Shown here: piece after piece, positions 23,859 through 33,266 of the stretch
Layout of the letters: every line of letters begins with the position of its first letter
Position numbering within the stretch: the stretch's first letter is position 1
DNA from: Octopus bimaculoides
Lineage: Eukaryota
NCBI RefSeq assembly: GCF_001194135.2
Contig: NC_068989.1
Location: forward strand, 30,415,873 to 30,449,138
Direction: 5' to 3'
Length of the DNA: 33,266 bases
Position numbers and translations under genes: made by a program
Notes under the pieces: generated by a model
What the model saw: only the letters and a program-made list of their open reading frames with translations
What the model was told of the DNA's origin: nothing
Databases searched by the model: none

Positions 23859-24280
23859 TTCTACAAAGCTCAGATGAGGCTCACAATAGAGTAATATTCT
23901 TTACATCCAGGTTGGTGCTGTTGATGCTGCACACAGAGACATCATTGACTGCATCTGGAGAATGACTACTTGGTTGATGGGTATAAACTTTGTCATAGAT
24001 ACACTTCACCCTCTCATCAACTGTCTACCTTCTCTACTTTTCCCACCATTACTATAATACCCTCTGCTCCTTGGAATTGGCTGGTCTCATGCCTCCTCCA
24101 CTTGGGTACAGCTAATTTACTTGCTTTTTGCTTTGCATTACTCTTGCTGTGTCTAATCCCAGCAGCTCTTGTTCTAGCAGCCAGGCCCAAATCTTCCTTC
24201 CCAGAAAGTTTGGAAGTCCATCTTTGCAGGTGTTAACATGTGACAGATTAAGCAAAATGTTAATAGTATTAATCTCAGTA
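23859..24280 (+). mobile_element. CR1-like LINE, right part
   Basis: YKAQMRLTIE follows on from RARKYSSP; HHYYNTLCSLELAGLMPPPL. Confidence 0.8.
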
Positions 24281-24324
24281 GTCTTGGATGTGGACTATCC
24301 ATTCCTCCAAACCTAGCAAGTAAA

Positions 24325-24510
24325 CACACACACACACACACACACACACAATGGACTTCTGCATAATTTCCATTTAGCAAATTCCATTAATAAGTACAGG
24401 TAAATTTGGAGCAATAGTAGAAGACACTTGCCCAAGGTGCTATATAGTGGGATGGGCTTTGAACGAAGTGATTGTGAAGTTAACATTTTAATCACTCAGC
24501 CCTGTCTATA
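24325..24510 (-). mobile_element. SINE family A 5' half with (CA)n
   Basis: ATAGTAGAAGACACTTGCCCAAGGTGC block; CA run at 24325-24349. Confidence 0.8.
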
Positions 24511-24639
24511 CTCAAATACAAAGTTTTATTATTACATCTAAGGTTTTAGTCAACAAGAGGAAAGTAGAGGGGAATACTATAACCAGCTCATTATGTAGAC
24601 CTGAAAAGTGTCTGAATATTTATTTTTCAGGCAAGAAGA

Positions 24640-25110
24640 AATATTTAACACATTTGTAATACTTTGCAATAAACCTGCCACTGGAAATTGGATTGGACAG
24701 ATATGTTGACATCCTAATTAGAGATTTCAACTTGAAGGTCAGTAGGTGGCATGTTCAAATGAAAAGAGGAGTATCAATCAACAAATAAAAAAATTGAATG
24801 AAGTGAAAATTTGTTTGCCTGACTAATACAAATTTTGTTGACATCAAGAGTTGTCAGATTCTGAATGATAAAGGTAGTTGAATGAATTAGAATAACACAG
24901 TGTAAACATTTTTCTCTGCATATCTTGAGATGTTAATTGAAGAGAAGTACAAAAGAATGGTACAAAAGAAGTGATGGCTAGCTGTGAGATAAGCTAGTAA
25001 TTGAATCAGACAGGTAGTATTGGCTAAACAGTGAATGCAACTTCAAATTTCTGAGGAGTTTTTCCATAGAAGGCAGAGGGAGAAATGGGTAAGTAGAGAA
25101 AGAGAGGTGA
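24640..25110 (-). mobile_element. Highly decayed CR1-like RT fragment
   Basis: Minus-strand remnants PSLLL..NISRYAE (YADD-like) and LG..SNFQWQ. Confidence 0.45.
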
Positions 25111-25284
25111 GAAGAGGAAGTTATTATATATTGTGTAATTTAATGGTGCAGTTAATTTTGTTATTAAATCACATCTGCTTTGACCAATAGTTTAAGATTA
25201 CAATCAGATATAAGGTAGCAGATTTTATAATAAGAGAAACTATGGAAAATTGATTTGGTGACAAAAACTCAACATTTTTTACAT

Positions 25285-26142
25285 TGAAGAAAGTTCAGAG
25301 AGCTTTTAGCTCTGTTGGCAACCAAAAGTCTCTCTCTCCAAGTGAAAGGAAGATTGTATGATGCATGTGTATAAACTGCAATACTACATGGTAGTGAGAC
25401 ATGGGTCCTGAATGCAGAAGACATGCAAAGACTAGAGAGGAATGAAGCTGGTATGCTCCACTGGATGTGCAATGTCAATGTACATGTATGACAGGGCACG
25501 AGTGTATTGAGAAAAAAGTTTGGCATAAGAGGAATTAGATGCTGTGTGCAAGAGAGAGAGTTGCACTGGTTTGGTTATGTAATGCAGATGGATGAGGACA
25601 GTTGCATAAAGAAGTGCCAATCACGCAAAATGGAGGGAAGTTGTGGAAAAAGGAGACCCAGGAAGATATGGGCTGAAGTATGGAAGACTGATCTCAAAAT
25701 GCTGAGCCTTACAGAGGTGACAAAGAACTGATATATGTGATGCATTGCTATACTCAAGAGGACCTGCCCACCACATCAGAACTGATATTCTAAAACCAAG
25801 GAGCTACAAAAATGCATTGGTGCTGGTGCCACATAAAAAGCACTGGTACTAGTGCTACATAAGAAGCACTGATGCTGGTGCCATGTAAAAAGCACTGGTT
25901 ATGGTACTATGTAAAAAGGACTGGTGATGGTGCCACATGTCAAAAGCACTGGTGATGGTGCCACATAAAAAGCACTCAGTAAAGTGGTTGGCATTAGGAA
26001 GGGCATTCAGCTGTAGAAACCAAGCCAAAACAGACTATTGAACCTGGTTCAGCCCCTGACTTTACCAGTTTCTGACAAGCCATCCAACCCATGCAAGCAT
26101 GAAAAACAGACGTTAAATGATGATGATGATGACGACGACGAC
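25285..26142 (+). mobile_element. 5'-truncated RTE LINE with minisatellite 3' UTR and (GAT/GAC)n tail
   Basis: KFRELLALLATKSLSLQVKGRLYDACV..LHGSETWVLNAED, ERELHWFGYVMQMDEDSCIKKC. Confidence 0.93.
25814..25975 (+). repeat. 26-bp minisatellite, 6 copies (GCACTGGTGCTGGTGCCACATAAAAA)
   Basis: Units start at 25814, 25840, 25866, 25892, 25918 and 25946. Confidence 0.92.
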
Positions 26143-26261
26143 ATTTAATTTAGAATATTAAAAAAACATTGAAAATTCTTGTGATTGAACTTTAAAACAG
26201 TGGGACTCACTACTAAAGAACAAAGGACATTAGTTGTAAAATGAAATACTAGAATGTTCAA

Positions 26262-26455
26262 TGATATTTAGCTCTAGGTCAACCCCAATTGAGCAGACCT
26301 AAATCAGAGGCATTCCAGTCATGACCATTCAGTCTTCTTAGATGTATGTAAGACTACATCATCTAATGTACTTTCTTCTAATTTATAATGGGTGTTATTT
26401 GAAGAGTTTTGGCTGCAATATCTAGCAAGTCAAGCAATCATATAGCAGCTCCTTT
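26262..26455 (+). repeat. Dispersed repeat family D copy
   Basis: TTTAGCTCTAGGTCAACCC..GAGCAGACC..GAGTTTTGGCTGCAATATCTAGCAAGTC. Confidence 0.6.
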
Positions 26456-26493
26456 GTGATACAAAGAGGTTGAATGATTAAAGGCATGGTTAT

Positions 26494-26655
26494 GGGTGCA
26501 AGCATGGCTGTATGGTTAAAAGTTTGTTTTGCAACTACATAATTTTGAGTTCAATCTCCTGTACAGCGTCTTGAACAAGTGTCTTCTCCTACAACTTCAG
26601 ATCAACCAAAACCTTATGGAATTAATTTGGTGAATAGAAACTGTATGGAAGCTTG
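26494..26655 (+). mobile_element. SINE family A 5' half, decayed
   Basis: GCATGGCTGTATGGTTAAAAG..GAGTTCAATC..TTGAACAAGTGTCTTCT. Confidence 0.75.
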
Positions 26656-27249
26656 CTAGAAAAATGCCTGTCCTTGAATAGTAGACAAAATTTGTTGCCT
26701 GGTTTAACACTATATCTAGCCTATGGTATCTCGAGTACATTGAAACCAGATTTCTAGTCTGTAACTAACTCTCAAGCCCTCTCACTGAGCCACCGGGAAA
26801 ATAAAATTTAACAAACAGAATACAATTCTTCATAACTTGGTAATTTGAAATTTCTAGACAATTCTTTATTTTACTTGTTTCTATGTTCCACTCTACATTT
26901 TGATCAATCCATTCTCCAATCATCTTCGTATGTCAAATTCTTAGACTGGCATTAAACCTAGATTTTTATTTCAATGACTCCTACATGAATAAGATACGGT
27001 GCTTAAAAGCATTGTATGAAGTAAATGAAGACAATCAAACAATAGGTCTATTTCAGTATGCATAAAAAAGGGACTCAGGTATGACTATGATTCAGAACTA
27101 CAATTTACTTTGCAAATATGTGAATCTGGATTCTATTTCACTGTGCAGCACCCTGGGCATGTGTCTTGTGCTATAATTTGGGGTTGATTAATGCTTTGTG
27201 TGAAATTTGGTTGACAGAAAGGGTGTTGCAGTTTGTCAAAGTTACACAG

Positions 27250-27580
27250 TTCCCTTTGTAATCATAAGGTCATGGGTTCAATCTCACTGTTCAGCATCTT
27301 GAGCAAATGTCTTTTGTTTATTGTCTCAGATTTACTCAAGTAAATATTGACTCAGATTGACTTGCGGTTAAATATAAACTGCGCAATAGCCCATTAGATA
27401 GGTTGTGCCTGTAACTCAAAGATACAGTCTTGTTTTATACTGTGTCACTGATTCTACTTGAGCATTTCATTAATGGCACATATGTCTGAGTAAATGCTCA
27501 GCCACTAACACACTAATTCAATGAGTAATTCAGTTTATTGAGCAAATGAATTCTATTCATCAAAGCTAATGGTGGAGAAC
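27250..27580 (+). mobile_element. Decayed family B-like SINE
   Basis: ATCATAAGGTCATGGGTTCAATC..CTTGAGCAAATGTC..GCCTGTAACTCAAAG..TGCTCAGCCACT. Confidence 0.55.
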
Positions 27581-28194
27581 TATTTATTTATATCCATTTG
27601 CCTGTCTGTCCGTATGTACATATGTATGTATGTGTGTGTGCGTGTTTACTAAGATGTGTTACGTAATCTTTCAGTTTAATGTTAAAGCCTGACATAAAAA
27701 CAAACACTACGGGTGTACATTGGCAAGGGATGGTTGAACAAAGATTAACACTTTGAACAAGATCAGGTTATGTTCTTTACATAAAGGTGGACTTCTCTTT
27801 TAATGAAATTGATATAAGTACAAAATAAAATACTGGAGTTGATATAATCAACTTAAACCATTGAGAGCAGAACTACAATATGACTGCATTTAAAGACTAG
27901 TTAGAGAATATCAAGTATAAAACAGGAGTTTAATAGTCAGGACGTTTACATGTATTCTATCAATAATTCTGCTCAGAAATTAAGGTAAACATCTGTTTTA
28001 GCATGTAGCTTTCAAATATGAGAAAGCAAAAATTAAAACTGAATGATGAAAACTATTATATATGATAAATATGAGTGTTATACAAAAGAAAAATTATAAA
28101 CATATATATTAGTCAAGTGTCTCTCAAATTCATGAATTTATAGTGTGTTATAGATATTTTGATAAATAGATCATGAATGTGTGTGTTATTGATG

Positions 28195-28420
28195 TCATCA
28201 TTATCATTTACATGTTCAGTTTTCCATGCTTGCATAAGCCAGACAAAATATTTTAAGGCAGATTTTCTATGGTTGGGTTTTTTCCAGTCGCCAATTCTCA
28301 CCTGTTTTCAAGTAAAGTAGTACTTCCCCCAGTCCTTCATGAATGAACACAATTGCTGGACAAAGAATAATGCAAACAAAGGACACCATTTGTATGGATG
28401 ACAGCTTTGTTTACAGTCAG
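28195..28420 (-). mobile_element. Non-autonomous element sharing the RTE 3' module and (GAT)n tail
   Basis: Reverse complement: GGGGAAGTACTACTTTACTTGAAAACAGGTGAGAATTGGCGAC..CATAGAAAATCTGCC..GCAAGCATGGAAAA..ATGATAATGATG. Homologous to 31992-32210. Confidence 0.7.
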
Positions 28421-28519
28421 CATGCAAATATGGAAGATAAAACACACACATATGGAGAAGATAAAACATACTCATATTCATGCATGCATACTTGTATATA
28501 TATATAAGATGGATTTCTA

Positions 28520-28650
28520 ACATTTTCTGTCTACCAATTCACTCACAAAGAATTGGTTGGTTCATAGCCATAATAGAATACACTTGCAGAACATGCAGTG
28601 CAGTGTGACTGAACTTGAAACTATGTAATATTGAACTACGTAGTCATGTC
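28520..28650 (-). mobile_element. SINE family A 5' half, decayed
   Basis: TTTTCTGTCTACCAATTCACTCACAAAG..ATAATAGAATACACTTGC. Confidence 0.7.
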
Positions 28651-28698
28651 TGCATCAAATGGTATGAAATTTATATATCAAAACTAATGTACACTGCA

Positions 28699-30415
28699 GC
28701 AACGAGTACAGTGAAGAATTTCGGGTAGAGGTAGGAGTCCACCAAGGTTCAGTCCTCAGCCCCCTCCTATTTATCATAGTCCTCCAGGCAATAACACAGG
28801 AATTCAAGACAGTATGCTCCTGGGAGCTCCTCTATGCTGATGACCTTGCTCTAATTGCTGAGTCACTATCAGAACTAGAGGAGAAGATTCAGGTTTGGAA
28901 ACAAGAATTAGAATCGAAGGGCCTTAGAGTCAACCTAGCTAAAACCAAAGTCCTAATAAGTAGGAAGGCAGACAACCACAAACCCTTCAGGTAGATGGCC
29001 CTGCTCGATCTGTAGAAAAGGCGTAGGCAGAAATGCTATAAGATGTACCCAGTGTAAGCTATGGACACATAAGAGGTGCAGCAATATCAAAGGAAAGCTA
29101 ACTTGCAAGATAGTTTTTGTATGTGGCAGGTGCTCAGGAGTAATAAATACTGAAAATGTGCAGAGAACAACTTCTGCCACATTCCAGGGAGAAAATCTAG
29201 ATGTAGTTGATAGCTTTCGTTACCTAGGTGACCAAGTCAGTAGCAGAGGAGGGTGCACTGAAAGTGTAGCTGCTAGAATAAGAATAGCCTGGGCAAAGTT
29301 CAGAGAGCTCCTACCTCTGCTGGTGACAAAGGGCCTCTCGCTCAGAGTAAAAGGCAGACTGTATGACACNNNNNNNNNNGCTGGTGACAAAGGGCCTCTC
29401 GCTCAGAGTAAAAGGCAGACTGTATGACACATGTGTACGAACAGCTATACTACATGGCAGTGAAACATGGGCTGTGACTGCTGAGGACATGCGTAAGCTT
29501 GCAGAGAATGAAGCCAGTATGCTCTGATGGATGTGTAATGTCAGTGTACATACTTGACAGAGCGTAAGTACCTTGAGAGAAAACTTGGACCTAAGAAGCA
29601 TCAGCTGTGGTGTGCAAGAGAGACGACTGCGCTGGTATGGTCATGTCGTGAGAATGGATGAGGATAGCTGTGTAAAAAAGTGCCACACCCTAGTGGTTGA
29701 GGGAACCTGTAGAAGAAGTAGACCCAGGAAGACTTGCGATGACATGGTGAAGGACGACCTTCGAATATTAGGCCTCACCGAGGCAATGACTATTGACCAA
29801 GACCTTTGGAAATATGTTGTGCATGAGAAGACCCGGCAAACCAAGTAAGACCATAACATGTGGCCTATGCCAGGGGTGTAACCAGCCCACTTACGTATAT
29901 CTTTCCTTCATTGGACACTAAAGTCAGCTAGCGAAGACCTGTTGAGGCAAGTGAAATCGAAATCAAATCAAATTCGCAAATTCGATGACTGGCACCTGTG
30001 CCAGTGGAGCTCTAAGAGCACCATCCGAGCATGACCGCTGTCAGAGCAGCTGACTGGCTTCCATGCTGGTGGCACATAAAAAGCACCATTCAAACGTGTT
30101 CATTACCAGTGTTGCTTTACTGGCACTTGTGCCAGTAGCACATGAACAAAACATTCGAGCAAGGTCGTTGCCAGTGCCACTGGACTGGCTCCTGTGCAAG
30201 TGTCATGTAAAAAACTTCACTTTAGCATGGCCGTTTCCAGTATCGCTTGACTGGCCCTTGTGCCGATGGCACGTAAAAGCACCCACTACTCTCTCGCAGT
30301 GGTTGGCATTAGGAAGGGCATCCAGCTGTAGAAACTCTGCCAGATCAGATTAGAGCCTGGTGCAGCCATCTGGTTCGCCATGCTAGCATGGAGAGCAGAT
30401 ATTAAACGATGATGA

Positions 30416-30446
<31 letters not shown>

Positions 30447-30470
30447 TGTGGTGGTGATGATGATGATGAT
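28699..30470 (+). mobile_element. Best-preserved 5'-truncated RTE LINE (RT motifs 4-7 with PHD insertion, C-terminus, 3' UTR, (GAT/GGT)n tail)
   Basis: GVHQGSVLSPLLFIIVL, LLYADDLAL, FRYLGDQV, ERRLRWYGHVVRM; stop at 29846-29848; tail at about 30407-30470. One 2-nt frameshift and two TGA stops. Confidence 0.96.
29002..29133 (+). other. PHD-type zinc finger (C4HC3) coding segment within the RT
   Basis: CSICRKGVGRNAIRCTQCKLWTHKRCSNIKGKLTCKIVFVCGRC = Cx2C-x10-Cx2C-x4-H-x2-C-x14-Cx2C. Confidence 0.85.
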
Positions 30471-31106
30471 GCTAGAGCTCACTTTGCTGTAGGGAATAAG
30501 TGTCAAATGTTCTTAGAATTTTAGTTAGTATTGGCCAATTTAAGAGGCATTTTGATCTTCATCCACTTTAAAATGAGACCTAGTGGTGTTAGACATAATC
30601 CATCACTCAGTTTAACACCCCTACCTGGTTCTTGGGTGCTTTAGTGAGGTCCACTTGCAAACATTCAGATCAGATCCCTGATTTGAGGATAACTTCTTCT
30701 CTTCCTCCCAGAAGCCCCGAAAAAGGTCATGAATACTGCCCTTTTTCCTCGGATTAAGCAATTAAGAGCTAAGCACCAGCTTAACTTTTGATATTTTATT
30801 GGCAATAATAATTCTAACAGTTGTTAATTTAGTCAACTTCATAAGGCAAGTAAGATTGTGGAGCCAACTGTCACAACAATGTAGACATAATTAAAACAGG
30901 TGCAAAATCATAAGGTAACTAGTATATACTATACAGCTTATGCAAAACATTAAGATTATATACAACAAAATCAATAATGCAAAATGGTAATGTGGTGTGT
31001 AATGTACTCAGCAAGGTAAATGGTACTTACAATTACAAGTGGTGTATTATGTAGATATTAAAACAAAGATTTGCTGAACATTATATATAATAGGTTAAAC
31101 TTCAAC

Positions 31107-31808
31107 GTTGTGGTTTAGCCCCCAGTTCAGCTCTGTTCAAACAAACTTATGAACAAAGGCTTTCTGTTCTTTTCTACCACTTCTTTGCAAGAACAGTGAA
31201 TCTGAGACAACATTATTCAATGTATTTTTTTATGTTAAGGCAGTAGTGCATAAATTAAGAGAAATTTGACTACTATTTCAAGCCAGTCATATGGTCACTT
31301 TGTGACTTCCACTTTGGTTCATCTTGAACATTGTATCCTGAAGTATATGCTATAAGTTTAAATGACACAGTAAAATAGTTATAAATAGTGAAGAAGTGTC
31401 AGAGTAAAAAATCTGAATATATGACCTGTATAGAATAGACTCAAGATAACTAATATTAGGAAAGAGATTCAACAAAACAAATACTGCTGTCAAAGTCTAT
31501 AAACTTAACCTAAATATTATATCTATTTCCTTATCAATTTTGATAAAATTTAGCTATTTAATAGCATTCCTGCTTAATCCTCCTTTGCCACTATCACCAA
31601 TAAAACAACTATAGTTATAATGAGTCAACAAGGTGGACTATGTAGTCACTAAAAATATCAGTCAATTCTCCCTTAAATTATATGCAGCTGTCTTTAAAAA
31701 GTGGGGGACACTGTGGACAATGAGGTTCCAAATAGACAAAAAGACAAGCATGTCTTTTATTATATATCTCAGTCAGGGCTGATTTTGTGTAAACTAGAAC
31801 AATAATAA
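31107..31808. repeat. Two family D copies in inverted orientation (31107-31290 +, 31630-31808 -)
   Basis: GTTGTGGTTTAGCCCCCAGTTCAGCTCTG versus reverse complement GTTATTATTGTTCTAG..AATCAGCCCTGACTGAG; shared GA.ATTTG(A/G)CT.CTATTTC block. Confidence 0.5.
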
Positions 31809-31991
31809 CTCATTTTTATTTACATATATACCTTATTTCCAAATATTTAATTAAAACTAGTTTACTAACCATACACAGTTATTCTGACAAAGTAGTCTCA
31901 TGGTAAAAATAAAATATAAAGTTGTGTTGTGTTTGACAAAAGTTACGGGATGTAAATACAGTGCAGAATGCACAATCCATTGAAAAGCAGC

Positions 31992-32210
31992 TCATCATCA
32001 TCATCATCATTTTAACATCCACTTTTTCAGGCTTGTCAAGATTCACCAGAATTTTGCTGAGGTGGATTTTCTACAGCTGGATGTCCTGGTCACCAACTCT
32101 CACCTGTTCCCAAATAAGGTAATATTTCCCCATTAGGAACAAAGGATACTACTTGCATGATGGTGACTCTTGTTTTACAACTATCACATGATGTCAAAGC
32201 AAGGAGACAT
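31992..32210 (-). mobile_element. Non-autonomous element sharing the RTE 3' module and (GAT)n tail
   Basis: (CAT)n at 31993-32010, TTTTCTACAGCTGGATGTCC, CTCACCTGTTCCCAAATAAGGTAATATTTCCCC. Confidence 0.75.
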
Positions 32211-32927
32211 AAGAATTTTAAAAATTTCTGTAGTGTACACTCTAGTGAAAATCCTCTCCCCTTTATTATATATACGGGCATTTGAACATAGCAGATAACA
32301 GCTAACTTTTGGCCGCTATTTGGACCCCATTGTGTCAACTACTCTGATTAGTTGGTATTGGCACAATTTGTTTCTTACTCTATTGTGCCAATATGCAGCA
32401 TATAACCAATTGAAGTTCTAAATAAGATCATGTGAGACAACCTGTTCTTAACTCAGTTTGAGCCTACAGCTCCTTATAAAAAAAGCCAGCTACTCCTCAT
32501 CTCAAGATCTTTGGTTCCAGACCTTTTAGGGTCCAGTCACTGACCACACAAGATACAGCAAGTTCCAGTGACAATGCCAACAACATTACAGTAACCTCTG
32601 TCTTCATTGCCTCCATCATCTTATTAACATCCTCTACGTACACAGCTTAAGCAACAATGCACAGATTTAAACATAGCAATGTTTGTAAGTTACTTCACCA
32701 TGGTTAACAGCAAATATACAGTCTGTGAGAACTCTTGTACAAGTGACCCAGGCATTACAGCCACAACTTCATTTAACATGTGCCTCACTGACTTTGCATC
32801 ATTACCATAACTTCTTGATACAGTATTTCAACTACCGCGTACAATTGACGACAAACTGATATTTCTCATTCTTGTGTCTATGAATATTCATCTAACTTTT
32901 CATTAGAGACTCTTTCACTTTCTCCTT

Positions 32928-33266
32928 CATCATCATCATCATCATCGTTTAACGTCCGCTTTCCATGCTAGCATGGGTTGGACGATTTGACTGAGGACTG
33001 GTGAAACCGGATGGCAACACCAGGCTCCAGTCTGATTTGGCAGAGTTTCTACAGCTGGATGCCCTTCCTAACGCCAACCACTCAGAGAGTGTAGTGGGTG
33101 CTTTTACGTGTCACCCGCACGAAAACGGCCACGCTCGAAATGGTGTCTTTTATGTGTCACCCGCACAAGCCAGTCCAGGGGCACTGGCAACGATCTCGCT
33201 CGAAAATCCTACGGGAGCCAGTCAGGCGGTACTGGCAACGGCCACGCTCAAAATGGTGCATCTCAT
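32928..33266 (-). mobile_element. Young, CpG-rich RTE-type 3' UTR with (GAT)n tail, running off the window end
   Basis: (CAT)n at 32928-32946, GTTTAACGTCCGCTTTCCATGCTAGCATGGG, TTTCTACAGCTGGATGCCCTTCCTAACGCCAACCAC, tandem GGCAACGGCCACGCTCGAAA-like units. Confidence 0.88.

Noticed and set aside
25814-25975. CRISPR-like regular repeats
   Set aside because: Adjacent 26-bp units without unique spacers, inside a eukaryotic LINE 3' UTR, with no cas genes.
29319-29430. About 50-bp direct duplication around a 10-N gap in the RTE
   Set aside because: Same assembly artefact; removing it restores the RTE reading frame.
30712-30849. Strong + acceptor (CTTCTTCTCTTCCTCCCAG) with a downstream GTAAGA donor
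   Set aside because: All three frames contain stops before the donor and no peptide is recognisable.

Overview
Eukaryotic, AT-rich, repeat-dense DNA whose SINE and RTE families resemble those of octopus (recognised from memory, not by search). No host protein-coding gene could be identified. The recognisable ORF-track proteins are all decayed transposon fragments. Content: several RTE LINE copies of one family (EN/RT 5' half at 8.9-11.1 kb; 3' parts at 0.25-2.9, 22.9-23.9, 25.3-26.1 and 28.7-30.5 kb; a 3' UTR at 32.9-33.3 kb), a Rex3/Expander-like RTE relic, a young L1/Tx1 fragment nested in an RTE with a 6-bp TSD, three CR1-like relics, a full-length decayed pogo/Tigger (DD32D), an internally deleted mariner, three long inverted-repeat (foldback/MITE) elements, many tRNA-derived SINEs and microsatellites, and four N gaps. 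Most notable: (1) a C4HC3 PHD finger inserted inside the RT domain of the RTE family, (2) a foldback whose arms each carry a degenerate hammerhead-ribozyme-like core, (3) a foldback whose arms include a SINE 3' end, (4) a V-SINE-like motif and variable hairpin minisatellites in RTE 3' UTRs, and (5) a strong CpG-decay signature.
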